DNA from: Octopus bimaculoides
Taxonomy: Eukaryota
Direction of reading: 5' to 3'
Assembly: GCF_001194135.2 (NCBI RefSeq)
Contig: NC_068997.1
Span: 11,907,824 to 11,971,823 of the forward strand
DNA length: 64,000 nucleotides
Shown one piece after another: positions 39,009-51,331 of this stretch (positions within the stretch are counted from its first letter, which is position 1; the number at the start of each line of letters is the position of its first letter). The position numbers and the translations under genes were made by a program. The notes under the pieces were generated by a model. It was not told where the DNA came from. It saw nothing but the letters and a program-made list of their open reading frames with translations, and ran no database searches.

Positions 39009-39838
39009 ATTTAGGATAATGCTTGATGTAGACTGATCAGATATATTGGCATCATTAAGTGTAGCTGCAGGATGAGCATCCCATTGTTACTGGAGGAAAT
39101 TTTTTCCCGTTCACTTCTATTCATTTTATTTATTTCCATAGATATATGGTTTACCAGAAAATTGCGTTCGCCAAGAGATGAATTCGAGATGATTCTTTTT
39201 GTAAATTACTGCAGTTTAGGCAAACATTTAACTTTACGTAGCACATAATCCTCTAGGCATACCTAGGATTAGAAATCACTGTAAAAGGCTGTCACTTCCA
39301 CCACTTTCTTATAGCCACAGTAAGATCTGATGGCTCATTATAATTCATATAGTTTCCCTACAGACGCGTCACTGGCTTTTAGGTCTAAATATTGTCCAGC
39401 TGTTTCAATAGCTAAACAACATGCTACATTCTACTGTTAAAATCTTCTCTGAATTATGAAAATTAATACCTTAATTCACAAGCATTCAAACGCAAATTCA
39501 ATTTGCCATTCCCATCATACATTCATGTATGCATTTATTCAGAATTCCTGCAATATTTATTTTTCGTCGTTTAAGGCTAAAATCTTAATCTTATTTTATA
39601 CTTTAAATGATTAAGGCTGCAGACCGAAATTGATTTTATTCTAATACGCTGCTTTCCTATTAGAGTTAAGGGCCATTCATTCACTCTCTCGCATATCTAA
39701 ATACAAAAACGCAATCTATTATATGGCATCAAAATATTAAATCAACTAGAATACTGGAGTTTAATATTGTTGGACGTGAACTCTTACGATTATATAATGG
39801 AAGCAATAAGTAAATAGGTAATGAACGAGGAATACATG

Positions 39839-40272
39839 AAATGGCTGTGTGGTTTAAAAGCTCTCTGTGCAGCCATGTTAGTTTGCGTTCAGTGCCCTTA
39901 GAGGTAATCCGTCGACGGAAAGCTTGAACACCCGTCGACTGTGTGTATATATGTGTGTGTGTGATGTGTGTGTGTGTGTGTGATGTGTGTGTGTGTGTGA
40001 TGTGTGTGTGTGTGATGTGTGTGTGTGTGTGTGCGTAAGTGATTGTGTGTAAATGTGTGTGCACGTTCCTGAGTGCGTCTGTGTCTGTCACACCTTCGCT
40101 GTCATAGCTTGACAATCAATGTTGGTTTGTTTACGCCCACATGAATTAGTGGTTTGGCAAAAGACCCGACAAAATAAGCACCATGCTTTAAAAGATAAGT
40201 ACTGGGGTCAATTAGTTTTACTAAAACCCTTGAAGGCGGTGTCACAGCTTGGCCGTAATACACTGATTGAGA
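39839..40272 (+). mobile_element. SINE family B, diverged
   Basis: atggctgtgtgg..gcgttcagtgcc..(TG)n..agcttgacaatcaatgttggtttgtttacg..taagtactggggtc..gaaggcggtg. Confidence 0.75.
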
Positions 40273-40539
40273 GAATTTAACGTTAAGGTACAAATACTGG
40301 CGAAGGCTGAAAGACTCTTACTTGACATTTTCCAAATTTTTTATAGCATTTTCTAATATTTTATTTTCGAAACCATTATACTAATTCTCCCACATGAGAA
40401 CTTTTAAATATAAAGTTCCCAGGGAAGACATTAACAGAACAAGTAAGTTATTTAAATACTAATACTCAGAACTATTTGGCCTTAATAATTCGCTACGACC
40501 ACACATTCAAGTGTCGGCTCAGGGTTAATTCAAGCCGAT

Positions 40540-41050
40540 TATTAACCACATCGAGCTGCAAAGATTGATATGCTTTCTAGAATCCGTATGCATTGACCGT
40601 CTAACTCCCACTTGCTAAATAAATCAGTAAATACATAAACTATTTGATTATTATATCCATATGCTATTCCGTAATTTCCTACGCAGTTGATCATCATGAG
40701 TAGTAAAAGTTGTAAATGCATATATGTCAACCCTTCAGCACATGTACGGTATCAGCAACATGAAGTACATTGAGTAAACTTTTTACGAAACAATACAACA
40801 GATTGTCCTCTAGTACCTGACTTGTACAAACGTTCAGTGCGGAAAATTATGTAGTCCAGACATTGTGTAACAGGATTCATCATCTAAATATTCTTGTCGT
40901 ACATTGTCACTACAGCTTTCAATATAGCTAAATATTACGATATAGTGTGAACTGAATCTTTAAACAAAATCTCCTTGTCTGACCAACATTGCGATTGACT
41001 TATGCAAACATACCCATTGTTGATTCCCAAATCATCCTCAAAATAATAGA
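40540..41050 (-). mobile_element. Decayed LINE RT fragment
   Basis: VRQGD, then LHVADT (YADD-like), then LQLLL..NYG in the expected order, with stops and frameshifts. Confidence 0.35.
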
Positions 41051-41345
41051 TTAAGTCAGAAAAGACGGATGTAACTGCCGAGTAGTAAATATTGATATAG
41101 TTTCGCAAAGTGCACTGAATTAGGAAACAAAAGTACGTCTTTCTCTTTCTCATCCACTCTTTTTCTACTTCTATATATATATATATGTGTGTGTGTGTGT
41201 GGACATACGCACACTCACACAGACATATACATATATAAATATATGTATATATATGTATATGAATGTATATATATATAGACACACACCCACATCATGTACC
41301 TAGGAGTAATATATTTAATGTGTACAAAAGTATAAAAGTTAACTG

Positions 41346-41415
41346 AAGGCAGTGCTCCAGCATGGCCACAGTGAAATGACTGAAACAAGTAAAAGAGTAA
41401 AAAGAGTAAAAAGAG
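41346..41415 (+). mobile_element. SINE family B, 3' tail only
   Basis: aaggcagtgctccagcatggccacagtgaaatgactgaaacaagtaaaagagtaaaaagagtaaaagag. Confidence 0.8.
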
Positions 41416-43203
41416 TAGTATAAGTTTTGAAAATGAAATAAGTATTTTGTTGCATAATAAAAATCAATATTTGTCTGAGACATCGACGGCGACGAAAAGA
41501 ATTGAAGTAGATTAAAAAAGTATATTAGAATAATCAAAAGTATAAATAAAAAAAAAACCTTAATGCATTATGTCTTTCATTCTAGGTTTGTAAGATATAA
41601 TGGCAGAACCTATCCGTTTCGTTTCATTTTTTCATTTCAACCACTTGATATGGATAGTGTTAAATGTAAAAGACAAACCATAAATTCTTATTTCCTTCGT
41701 ATGTAGATGCACGTTATTGCTGTTATAAAACATTTATTTTATCAAATTTTTTTCCTTTTTCTATTTTGCTTTTATCATTACGGTTAAAATAGTAGAGTGG
41801 TGAACGTTAGAAATAATAAATAGCATCAGAAAATGTTTTCAGTATTTCATTTTGTTCCTGCAACATCTTACATCATCACTTTTACATAGTGTGTCTTCTA
41901 TTTTGTTTCTTGTTCTGTTCACATACTAATTTTGTCGGATTTGATTTTACGGTAGATATTTACAAACCCGAAGCCTTGTTTGAAAAAGAAAAATGAAAAC
42001 CATTAATATAGCTTCAGGAATAAGAATTTTAAAATGTTTTCTTATATATAATACACATTCTTTTTTGTGAGAATTGGTAAAAGAAGGGAAAGACAATCAA
42101 AGCTAATATCAGAGAATTTGTAATGACATAGTTTTCACTTAATCATAGACGTATAAAATGTTTGTTTAGCAAATATCATCTAAAATATGGCGCCTTCGAT
42201 GACTCGTTCCGTTGCATCAAGTCCACCAGCGAGTAAAATTTGGCAGAGAAAAACTTTTTCAAACTACAACAAATGAACAGTTCACTTTGGGGTAAGAGGA
42301 ATCAACTTGTCAAGATGTTTGACATACACCTCATGATGTAGAGTACTTACAGTTCTGTTGAAAGGATTCTGACCTTGTATTCAGGCTAACTTTCTGTTCC
42401 GATCAATTTTGGAACCATGAAAAGAAACTTGGTGGAAGTTATCCAGTCCATAACTGATCAATATATATTTTTAAAATTAATAAACATTTCATTTTATGCT
42501 GCTGCTTCTATTCACTTACCAAAATATTAATACCGTCAATACTTGATGGTTAACCTTGAGTTACTTGGTATCCAGTACGTTAATAGATTTTGCACACTAT
42601 AACATCCAAAAGCTTTGGGAAATAAGATAAATTTCAGTGTTACGAATGTATAGAATCGAAGTAGATTTATTTCTATACTGTAATTTTCTTTGAAAGAGTG
42701 CATTAACTTAAGGTAATTACGAATTCATGTCAGCACTTATCAGAACAGATTTCACACAATGAATAGCATTTTCAGTTGTAACATCTTTACATCGTCGTTG
42801 TTGTCACAATCATCGTCACCATGTGTACCGTCAACACGTAGCCATCATGATCTGTTGAGATCTTGCATTTACAACATCATATGTTAACACTCTGTGAAAG
42901 GCCACTTTGTAGTCGACACAATTTAATTTAGCAATGTGAAATGTACTGCAATGTCTTAAGAACACAAAGATATGGTCAATTCGGAGTCGAATACATGACC
43001 TAAAGTTTACAATTCCAACATCTCAACCACGACTTCACACAGCTTATCTATCTTTTGTAATAAATTTATAACTATATACACAACGTGAGTTTTCGACGAA
43101 TGTCTTTACTAGTTTCGAATGAATCATTAACAAATACACGGTTTTATAGGAAAGCAAAGAAACATAATATTCCACATACACATTCAGTCATAATATTGAT
43201 TTC

Positions 43204-43406
43204 AAATTATGGGGCAAGAACAGTAATTTTCGGAGAAGGGCTCAGTCGATAACATCGACCCCAGTGTTCGACTGGTTTATTTTTTATCGACCTCGAAAGA
43301 ATGAAAATCAAAGTTGGCCGAATTTGAATCCATAACATGAAGATGGACAAAATCCCGTTGCGCATTTTGTCGGCCGGCATGCTTACGGCTCTGCCAATTC
43401 GCCACC
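43204..43406 (-). mobile_element. SINE family A
   Basis: Minus: ggtggcgaattggcagagccgtaagcatgccgg..ggattcaaattcggcc..gaggtcgataaaaa..ctggggtcga. Confidence 0.75.
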
Positions 43407-43472
43407 TCACATTCAGTTATTCTGTCTGTCTTTATATTCTTAGTTTTAATTCCACCAACTTTATCTTTCATC

Positions 43473-43635
43473 CTTTCGTCCGTTTTTTACGTTCTGAGTC
43501 AAAATTGCGTCGAGGTCGACTTTGCCTTTCACTTTTTCGCGAGCGATAAAATAAGTATTAGTTGAACACTGATACCTATTTAATCGATTTAACACTTCCC
43601 TAGATCCTGCTGGCCTTATGCCCAAATTTGAAACA
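43473..43635 (+). mobile_element. SINE family A
   Basis: ttacgttctgagtcaaaattgcgtcgaggtcgactttgcctttca..ggccttatgcccaaatttgaaac. Confidence 0.75.
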
Positions 43636-43690
43636 GCATTTGCTAAAAAGTATTTTGGAAATGTATAATTTATTAGCAATGTTAAATAAT

Positions 43691-43835
43691 GGTTTCAAAT
43701 TTTAGCACGTCGCCAGCAAGTTCAGAAGAGGGAGTAAGTCGACTACATCGACCCCAGCGCTTAACTGATACTTATTTTTATCTACCTCGAAAGGATGAAA
43801 GGCAAAGTCGACCTCGGTGGAATTTGAACTCATGC
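43691..43835 (-). mobile_element. SINE family A
   Basis: Minus: gagttcaaattccaccgaggtcgactttgcctttcatcctttcgaggtagat..ctggggtcgatgtagtcgac. Confidence 0.8.
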
Positions 43836-44579
43836 CTTAAAGAATTTTTCCTGGCGTGATAAGGTAATGTTAAATAATAATAGTACACTGTGGAAAAAAA
43901 TGGGGTAATTTACTAACTACATTTAGTACTTCCCACATATTACCCTGTCAACAATTGATTGTTATATTTGTTCGCTGTTCATAAAACATTCACATAGAAT
44001 TATAGTTATGTAATCATATGCAATCTCTTCTACTTGTTTTGATAGTTACCTCAGTCAATTTATCGATGCATATATCATCATCAAAATGTAACTGAGTAAG
44101 AAACTATTAATCGTTTGACTATTTCCAGACGTAATCCCATGTTAACGGGACAACAACCAGAATAAAAACCAAAATAGGTTTAATAACTGGAACAATCTAG
44201 ATTACATTATTGCTGTTTAAACAACTCTGCATTTGTGTTAGCTGGCAATCGAATATATCGGCCAGATGCAAATGGCATGGAAATTATTAGGGCCCCACGT
44301 TACATCGGAAACAAATGTCAAATATATATGTCACTTGCATTTTTATCTCATTTGAAAAGCCAATAATGTGTTTCAATGTAGACATTCAAAAGTAATTTGG
44401 CATGAATATTCTATAAGAATGGTTTCGAAATTCGGACAGGGAAATATCGAAGTCGTAATTGCTCACGTAAAATAATATAATGTCAGATATATCACCAGCA
44501 GCTGTAGAATATAATCAACAACTTTACTGATATTTACCGTAATACAAATATTTGAAAACGTTTAAAGAAATAACAGAGA

Positions 44580-44920
44580 CCGTCTTCTAATGGAGGAGAA
44601 TTGCTAAATACAGACTGATGATGTAAAAGATTGGACACAAGAATTTAAGTTTAACATTATTTCTTACCGTGAAGCATAACGACACACCTTGAGAAGATGA
44701 ACATAATTCATTCAAGCAGCACCAACAATATACATGTCTCACAGGTAATTCACTCTCCAGTGAACAAGCTTGAATATTAACCGCAGAAACACTTGAACTT
44801 AAAATAGACGTTCAAATGAATTGTTTAGTCTGTTTGGTCATGCCTAGGAAACAGCCTTTATACAAGTATAAATATACAAAGATTACTTAGTTGAGCGGAA
44901 AAAAGTGAAGGAGGGAATAA
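44580..44920 (+). mobile_element. Possible decayed RTE C-terminal fragment
   Basis: LFGHA followed by GKK*RR resembles LRWFGHV..GKR.RGR; weak. Confidence 0.2.
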
Positions 44921-45544
44921 AATTATTTCACAAATATAAATAAAATCAGCGATGGATCTGAGATAAAAATATCAAATGATATGCCACGTGAAGTCAAATT
45001 CAGAAATTGAATAATACCGGCAAAAGGTTTGTGACGCGTTTCTGTCTTAATAAACCTCCACGGAAAGGCATATGTTGCTCAGTTAGCAATATATAGAATT
45101 AATTCTTATATATATATATATATATNNNNNNNNNNNNNNNNNNNNNNNTATATATGCAAACATACACATGTATACATCTATGGTATTTGATAAACCTTTA
45201 CTTATCTCTGTTGTTCAAATGCATTCCACTGGCAAGTCTAAATTATTGTAACTTATTTATGATTAAACCATATGTATATATTGTGCATGTATGGGTGCGT
45301 GCATGAATGAGTGTGTGTGGGGGGGGGCGTGTTTGTGTGTGTGTGTGTGTTGTGTGGCAAGAGAATGGAGAAAGAAATCAGTGACATTGACTAAAAACAC
45401 AAATGGTGTGCCTTAGGAAAAGCATCTCATGGGATGATCCTGCACACTAAATGCTCCTGCAGCTTAAACGCACCAATGAATTATACTGAGTTGAATAATA
45501 ATAATAATACTTCAATTAATTCTGGTTACTCATCCAGTCAGTAG

Positions 45545-45880
45545 GCAAAATGTCCCTGTAGAAATCTTTAAAATCTAACAAAAATATCATATTCATACAT
45601 ACAAGAGGATAACGTGGTTATTAGTACTTTATAGCGTTCTGCTAATACTTTAAAGAATTGAGTTAGCTTTACCTCCTCACTATTACTGCCAAAAAAAGAA
45701 CAATCGATAATACAAAAGCACTGATTCAATTTCCACTTGTTCTTTATGTATAAGCATGGTTCCTCTTGCAGACTATAAGTAATCAATATATCACATGGAA
45801 AAATATTACGAACAAAACGTGTGAAGCGCAAATATTTACTATGTTGCAATATAATCGAAGTCATCATTTTTTTTCTATAT
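45545..45880 (+). mobile_element. Possible decayed RTE RT N-terminal fragment
   Basis: VPVEIFK, LLPKK and AQIFTMLQ in the expected order across frameshifts. Confidence 0.3.
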
Positions 45881-46268
45881 TCCATTGAATACTATATTCA
45901 GCTTGAGCTACAGTTAACACATCAATTGCACACTTCCATTCTATCCATTCTATCCATTCTACAGACTAATGTGGTATAATTTTGTATACTATTACGCAGT
46001 TGGGCCTTGCTAACGAAGCTACGAATCATATGGTAAACTAAGCTTTTTTCATAGGCTGCGGATAGTTTACATCAGGCGTTGAAAATTGGTACAGCGTTGT
46101 TCATTTCCTCTTTCTTTTTTCTTATGGCAATCATATGTTTCACATATAAAGTTCTACACGAGGATCCTTCGAGTATAGCAGAGAGTTTTAATCAGGACTC
46201 TAACAAATGTAGGAGGTACACATTCTTCAAGCAATGAGACTTACTTTCTGCTTTGTCGCTGATTTATT

Positions 46269-46832
46269 GGCGCTTACGTAGCTGTGCGGTTACAAGTGTG
46301 CTTCCCAACAACATGGTACCAAGTTCAGTTCCACTGCGTTGCACCTTGCACACGTGCCGTCTACCGTAGTCTCTGGCCGCCTAAAACTTTACAAGTGGAT
46401 ATCCTAGGCGAAATCTGGACGGAAATTGTCGTAAAGATATATATATATATATATATATATATNNNNNNNNNNNNNNNNNNNNNNNNNNNNNNNNNNNNNN
46501 NNNNNNNNNNNNNNNNNNNNNNNNNNNNNNNNNNNNNNNNNNNNNNNNNNNNNNNNNNNNNNNNNNNNNNNNNNNNNNNNNNNNNNNNNNNNNNNNNNNN
46601 NNNNNNNNNNNNNNNNNNNNNNNNNNNNNNNNNNNNNNNNNNNNNNNNNNNNNNNNNNNNNNNNNNNNNNNNNNNNNNNNNNNNNNNNNNNNNNNNNNNN
46701 NNNNNNGAGGGGGAGAGAGAGGGGGAGAGAGAGAGTCCAGTAGAATAAGTACTGGTGTCAGTTTGTTTGACTAAAATTCTACAAGACATTATTCCAGTAT
46801 GGCCGCAGTCTAATGACCGGAACAAGTAAAAG
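46269..46832 (+). mobile_element. SINE family B spanning an N gap
   Basis: Head ggcgc..tagctgtgcggtt..aagttcagttccactgcgttgcacc lies before the gap; tail tagaataagtactgg..ccagtatggccgcagtctaatgaccggaacaagtaaaag lies after it. Confidence 0.7.
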
Positions 46833-48024
46833 GGGAAAGATAAACGATTTTAGCGTGAGGCACAAGAATGAAGGCTATTTCTTTTCTGTAGAGAAATAAA
46901 GCAAAAAGAAAAAAGAAATAACATGAAGCATATCAAGGCAATCGCCATTACTTTTCAGCGAGCGGACAGAGGACAAGTTATATTCACCTGTACTGTGATT
47001 GTGTATATAAAGCAACAGAAGCCGATTAAAAATTACAAAAGTTAAAAATTAAAGGTACATGACTGATGACTTTTTAAGCATTTGAAACGGTGAATTTGAA
47101 GAATGAGAATATGTGAAGAAGCAAACGGTAAAGATATTTCCAAGTACAACATATCTAGATTCGCGAGGTCATATTTCAGATACTTACGATAATAGAAATT
47201 ACAATATTGAATATTTGAAATTTCAATACATTTGTCCGCAAATACGACATGAAGCATAACATATAATTCTTGTTTACTGTATGAAAATGGATGCTTTCAG
47301 GCATGACAGTAAAAAAAATATTACGAAGAAAAGTTTGAGTCTTTGATCATGTTTGTTTCACACAAACACACACACACACGTGTGTGTATTTGTGTGTGTG
47401 CGTGTGTGTGTATCGAAACAGAAAAAGCGAGACAGATACACATATATGCCCTCATATATATATATATATATGCATATATATCGGTTATAAACAAAAGCAT
47501 TAAAAGTAAAACCAAGCAAGACGAGTGTTGGCTGATGATTTTTATTATATTTTATTTACGTACGAACTATAATTTTGAAAAGAGAAACTTTAATAGTAAA
47601 GTAATCGAAATCCCATTTGTAGATGAAAGACAGATTCAATTTTTAATATTGAATGTAAAAGAGAGTAATAATATATGGAGAACCAAATGGAACCAACAGA
47701 TCAATGTATATATCTGTGTGTTTGTGTGTGATATCTATATACATATATTTATCTATACATATATATATGTATATATAGATAAACGCATATATATATAGAG
47801 AGAGAGAGAAAGAGAGATACCCAGACAGATAAGTAGATATGATTATGTTATATATATATATATATATATAAATTAGCATCACACGGCCATACAACAAACA
47901 CACACATACACATATACATAAGTGTGCGTGTGTATTATTTAGATATGCATACACATACATGCATGTGTTCATATAATATATATATATATATATATAAACA
48001 TAACTATACATATACATTTAAAAT

Positions 48025-48072
<48 letters not shown>

Positions 48073-49039
48073 ATATGCAGTTTCGAATGGTAAGAGGCTG
48101 CTCTTTCACAAGGATGTAATTTATCCAAGCATACACCGGTTTAGCTCCGTATTGATTAATATATTTTGCATTCATTAATTTGTGTTAGTGTAATTGTTAA
48201 CACTTATGGAGTTCCAGTTGTCGTTTCAGATGTTTTCTTCTATTCGATGTAGAACAGAATTTTAAATCCATCTTGGGACCGCGTATTTTGGATTTATTAA
48301 ACGAGGGATTTATAATGTTGTCAAGGAAGTTCTGAAGGAATTTAAAATTTTGGTTTTAAATGATGTATTTTCAAATTAATTTTACATGAGTAAAACAAAA
48401 TTTATATAAAAAAATATTCAATTGAGAAACAAAAGCAACGCATAATTCAAACCAACTACGTTTGTATAACTTATTTTCTGAAGCAAATTATGAAATAAGA
48501 CAAAACAGATAAGATCGTCAGCAATGGCATCTATCCATATGCGCATATAACTCGATACATGATACTATCATATTCCCTCACTTTATCTACATAAAAATGT
48601 CGTTGGCTGTTAACCAAAGGCTAATTATCACTGTTCCTCTGTTAGAAGAGAAATCTATTTACATTCTGCTACTTTTATATCAGCACGTACGGTATACGAA
48701 TATCCCAAGCGATATTGCATTGTAAATTATGTTAGAAATGCATCACATGCGTAAATACAATATTACATCACTTTTAATAAACTTATGCATGTACAGACAT
48801 ATGCGTGTACATTCAGTGGAGCTCGCAATTAGCTTTGACTGAGATGCAGGCATAAAAGCAATAATATCAATATACACGTTTCATATATCCATCAGTACGT
48901 GTACATGATATTTTCACACAGATTTATTATTTGAAACAATTTGACTCGGTTCTACGGTACTTGAAGTCCCGCAGGATTATAACAGGAACACAGCCCATTC
49001 AGGCTCACGTATCACATTACCGAATCTGATACCAGATTC

Positions 49040-49800
49040 ATTCATTTGAGCCTTAACGTGTGGGATCCCTGTGAGAGGCCTGCAATTTTTTAAATTGCAT
49101 GGAACCAAATAGAACTAATTTAAATAAAATATATATCGTCTACAAAGGTCAAGACAGAAATGTCGCTGTATAAATGTGGTAGCAGCAGTCTATCTTCGAT
49201 TAATATTGGATAAAGTGGGATCATGTAATCGAATGACCATTGCCCTGAAGGAAGATGTTCAATATTGGCAATAGAAAGAGGTCCTTCTCTTTTACACTGC
49301 CCCTAAACTTTTGCGAACTCCAAATATTGAAATCTAGAACAAGCAGTGGGAGTAACTCTTTGCACCATCAACTACATTATGACCGAATATCATATGGCAC
49401 ACGGAATACGTTGATAAAAAGGGACACAATAAGCTCTTTAATGAATATCCAAAGTGAATGAACCGGCAGAGTTAAGACAACAAACATCAGGCGCTAAATC
49501 TCAAAAGGCATCAGGTTCCTAATGGAAGATGATAAGTTTTCTAAAAATGAAGTATTTGTAGACAACCCACTTTCTACTTGCTAAGTAAATGTGAAGTATA
49601 GACTAACCGTCCGACCAGATATTGATCTTCGCTACAGGACATAGACACAATCATCGTGTCATTTTAATGATTTTGCCAATTCGCCATTAATTGAAAACAT
49701 AGAAGTGAGAAGAATGAAAAATCTTAAGAAAAATGAAAAATCTATATTATGAACGTATCTTATCAACGAGATGGACTCCTAAAACACTGAGTCTAATCAT
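49040..49800 (+). mobile_element. Decayed RTE-like RT
   Basis: LNVWDPCERP, IVYKGQDR, GNRKRS..FTL, YDRISY, GRVKT..ISKGIR: colinear with the RT domain, many stops. Confidence 0.4.
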
Positions 49801-50129
49801 CCGATTACATGAAGTCAGATATTTGAAACTATATTTAATCAAATGATATATTTATTTATTTTAACCTGTAATAATTACAAATAAAAATGGATGAGTTATA
49901 ACGAAATGAATTTTATTTTAATTTTTCCTAGATTTAATATACATTTTTTTAATGTCATGTATCAGTTCTTTCCGCTTGTAAAGACGTAATTATTATATTA
50001 ATTGGTTTGGTTTCTTTTAATAGAATATCATATCTTTTCGCTTCTGTTAATTACTAATTATTTATTCAGTTGTCCATTGCCGCCTCCGTTATGCAAATTA
50101 GACAAATCATTTTCGTTCTATCATAGTTT

Positions 50130-51010
50130 GCAAATACATTCCAAAATGAGACTTGCTATTGTCAGAAAACTAAATGAATGACAAATGTTTGATAAAAAAA
50201 GTTTCAAATACTCGAACCTGTTAGATGAAATCTTTTCTGGGTGTTGAGCGAAATATACGAGGTATCTATTTTTCATTGAGAGGCAAAAATAGTTGTGTTT
50301 AATAATACAGCACACTCTTCTATTTTCCATGAAACCAGAGCAAGTCATTAAGAGTGATGTTTATCGTACATATTTCTTTATTGCTTGTACAATTTAAAAC
50401 CCGTTGCGTACACATGTAAATTTGAGAAAATTCGAATTTTAGGGAAAAAGTATAAGATTATTCAAATCGTTATCATTTTATGCACCATAGATGTAGATCC
50501 CTCTTTCATGTAATGTCCAAGTTTAGACAATTTTACGTTACAAACAACAATTAGCATTTCTCTTCTGCGGAAGTTTGAATCTTGAATTTATTTTTCGCTG
50601 CTGATTCAGAGTGTTTCCACTCCATACTCTGCTATTAGGATTCTGGATCAAAGTGACCTAGGTCTCATCTTCTGTCAGTATTCTCCCCAAATAATCTCCG
50701 CCTTCATTGTTTTAGCGATTGAGTAAGCGTGGACTGATTTCCACATGATTACTCTTATGCGCTTTGGCAAGCTCTCCTGGCACATTTCCTGCATAGATTT
50801 TATGGAAGTGAAAATTGTCGTGGACGATTTCCTATGCAGAAACAAGACTATGTTGCTGAAAATATGCCACGTCATCGAAGGCCACTTGTCGGATTGCAAG
50901 GAACATCAATTCAACCTGCGTAAAATTTCAAACCCTGACGGACCTTCACATCAGAGAAATCTGATCACAGATCTCTGTTTTACCTTGGTGCACACTGCCA
51001 GGGAGCACCA
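50130..51010 (-). mobile_element. Decayed RTE/BovB-like RT
   Basis: KSSTTIFTSIKSMQEMCQE resembles RSTTDMIF..RQLQEKC.EQ; LSNICHSFSFLTI resembles FS.AC..FGLTIS. Confidence 0.5.
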
Positions 51011-51268
51011 TATTTAGACATTAGTAGCACAAGCAAGGAAACTGGAGCGATTAAGATCAAACTGCTGTTATGTAACTACAAACATACTATCTCTTAGCGC
51101 ATGAGTGTTGAAAGTAAGGCAGTCAAACTAAAAAAACCTTTGGCGAACGTTCGGATAATTTTCGACGTCCCATTTCAGTATTACCAGAAGATATGTTTAT
51201 ATAAAGATTTGCTATTGGGTCGAATTATCATCTACCTCTCATAATTACCGTGCTTTTAACACAGCAAG

Positions 51269-51331
<63 letters not shown>

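Noticed and set aside
42351-42453. Minus-strand exon candidate ending at ACT|gtaagt
   Set aside because: The acceptor is weak and there are stops in all frames; insufficient support.
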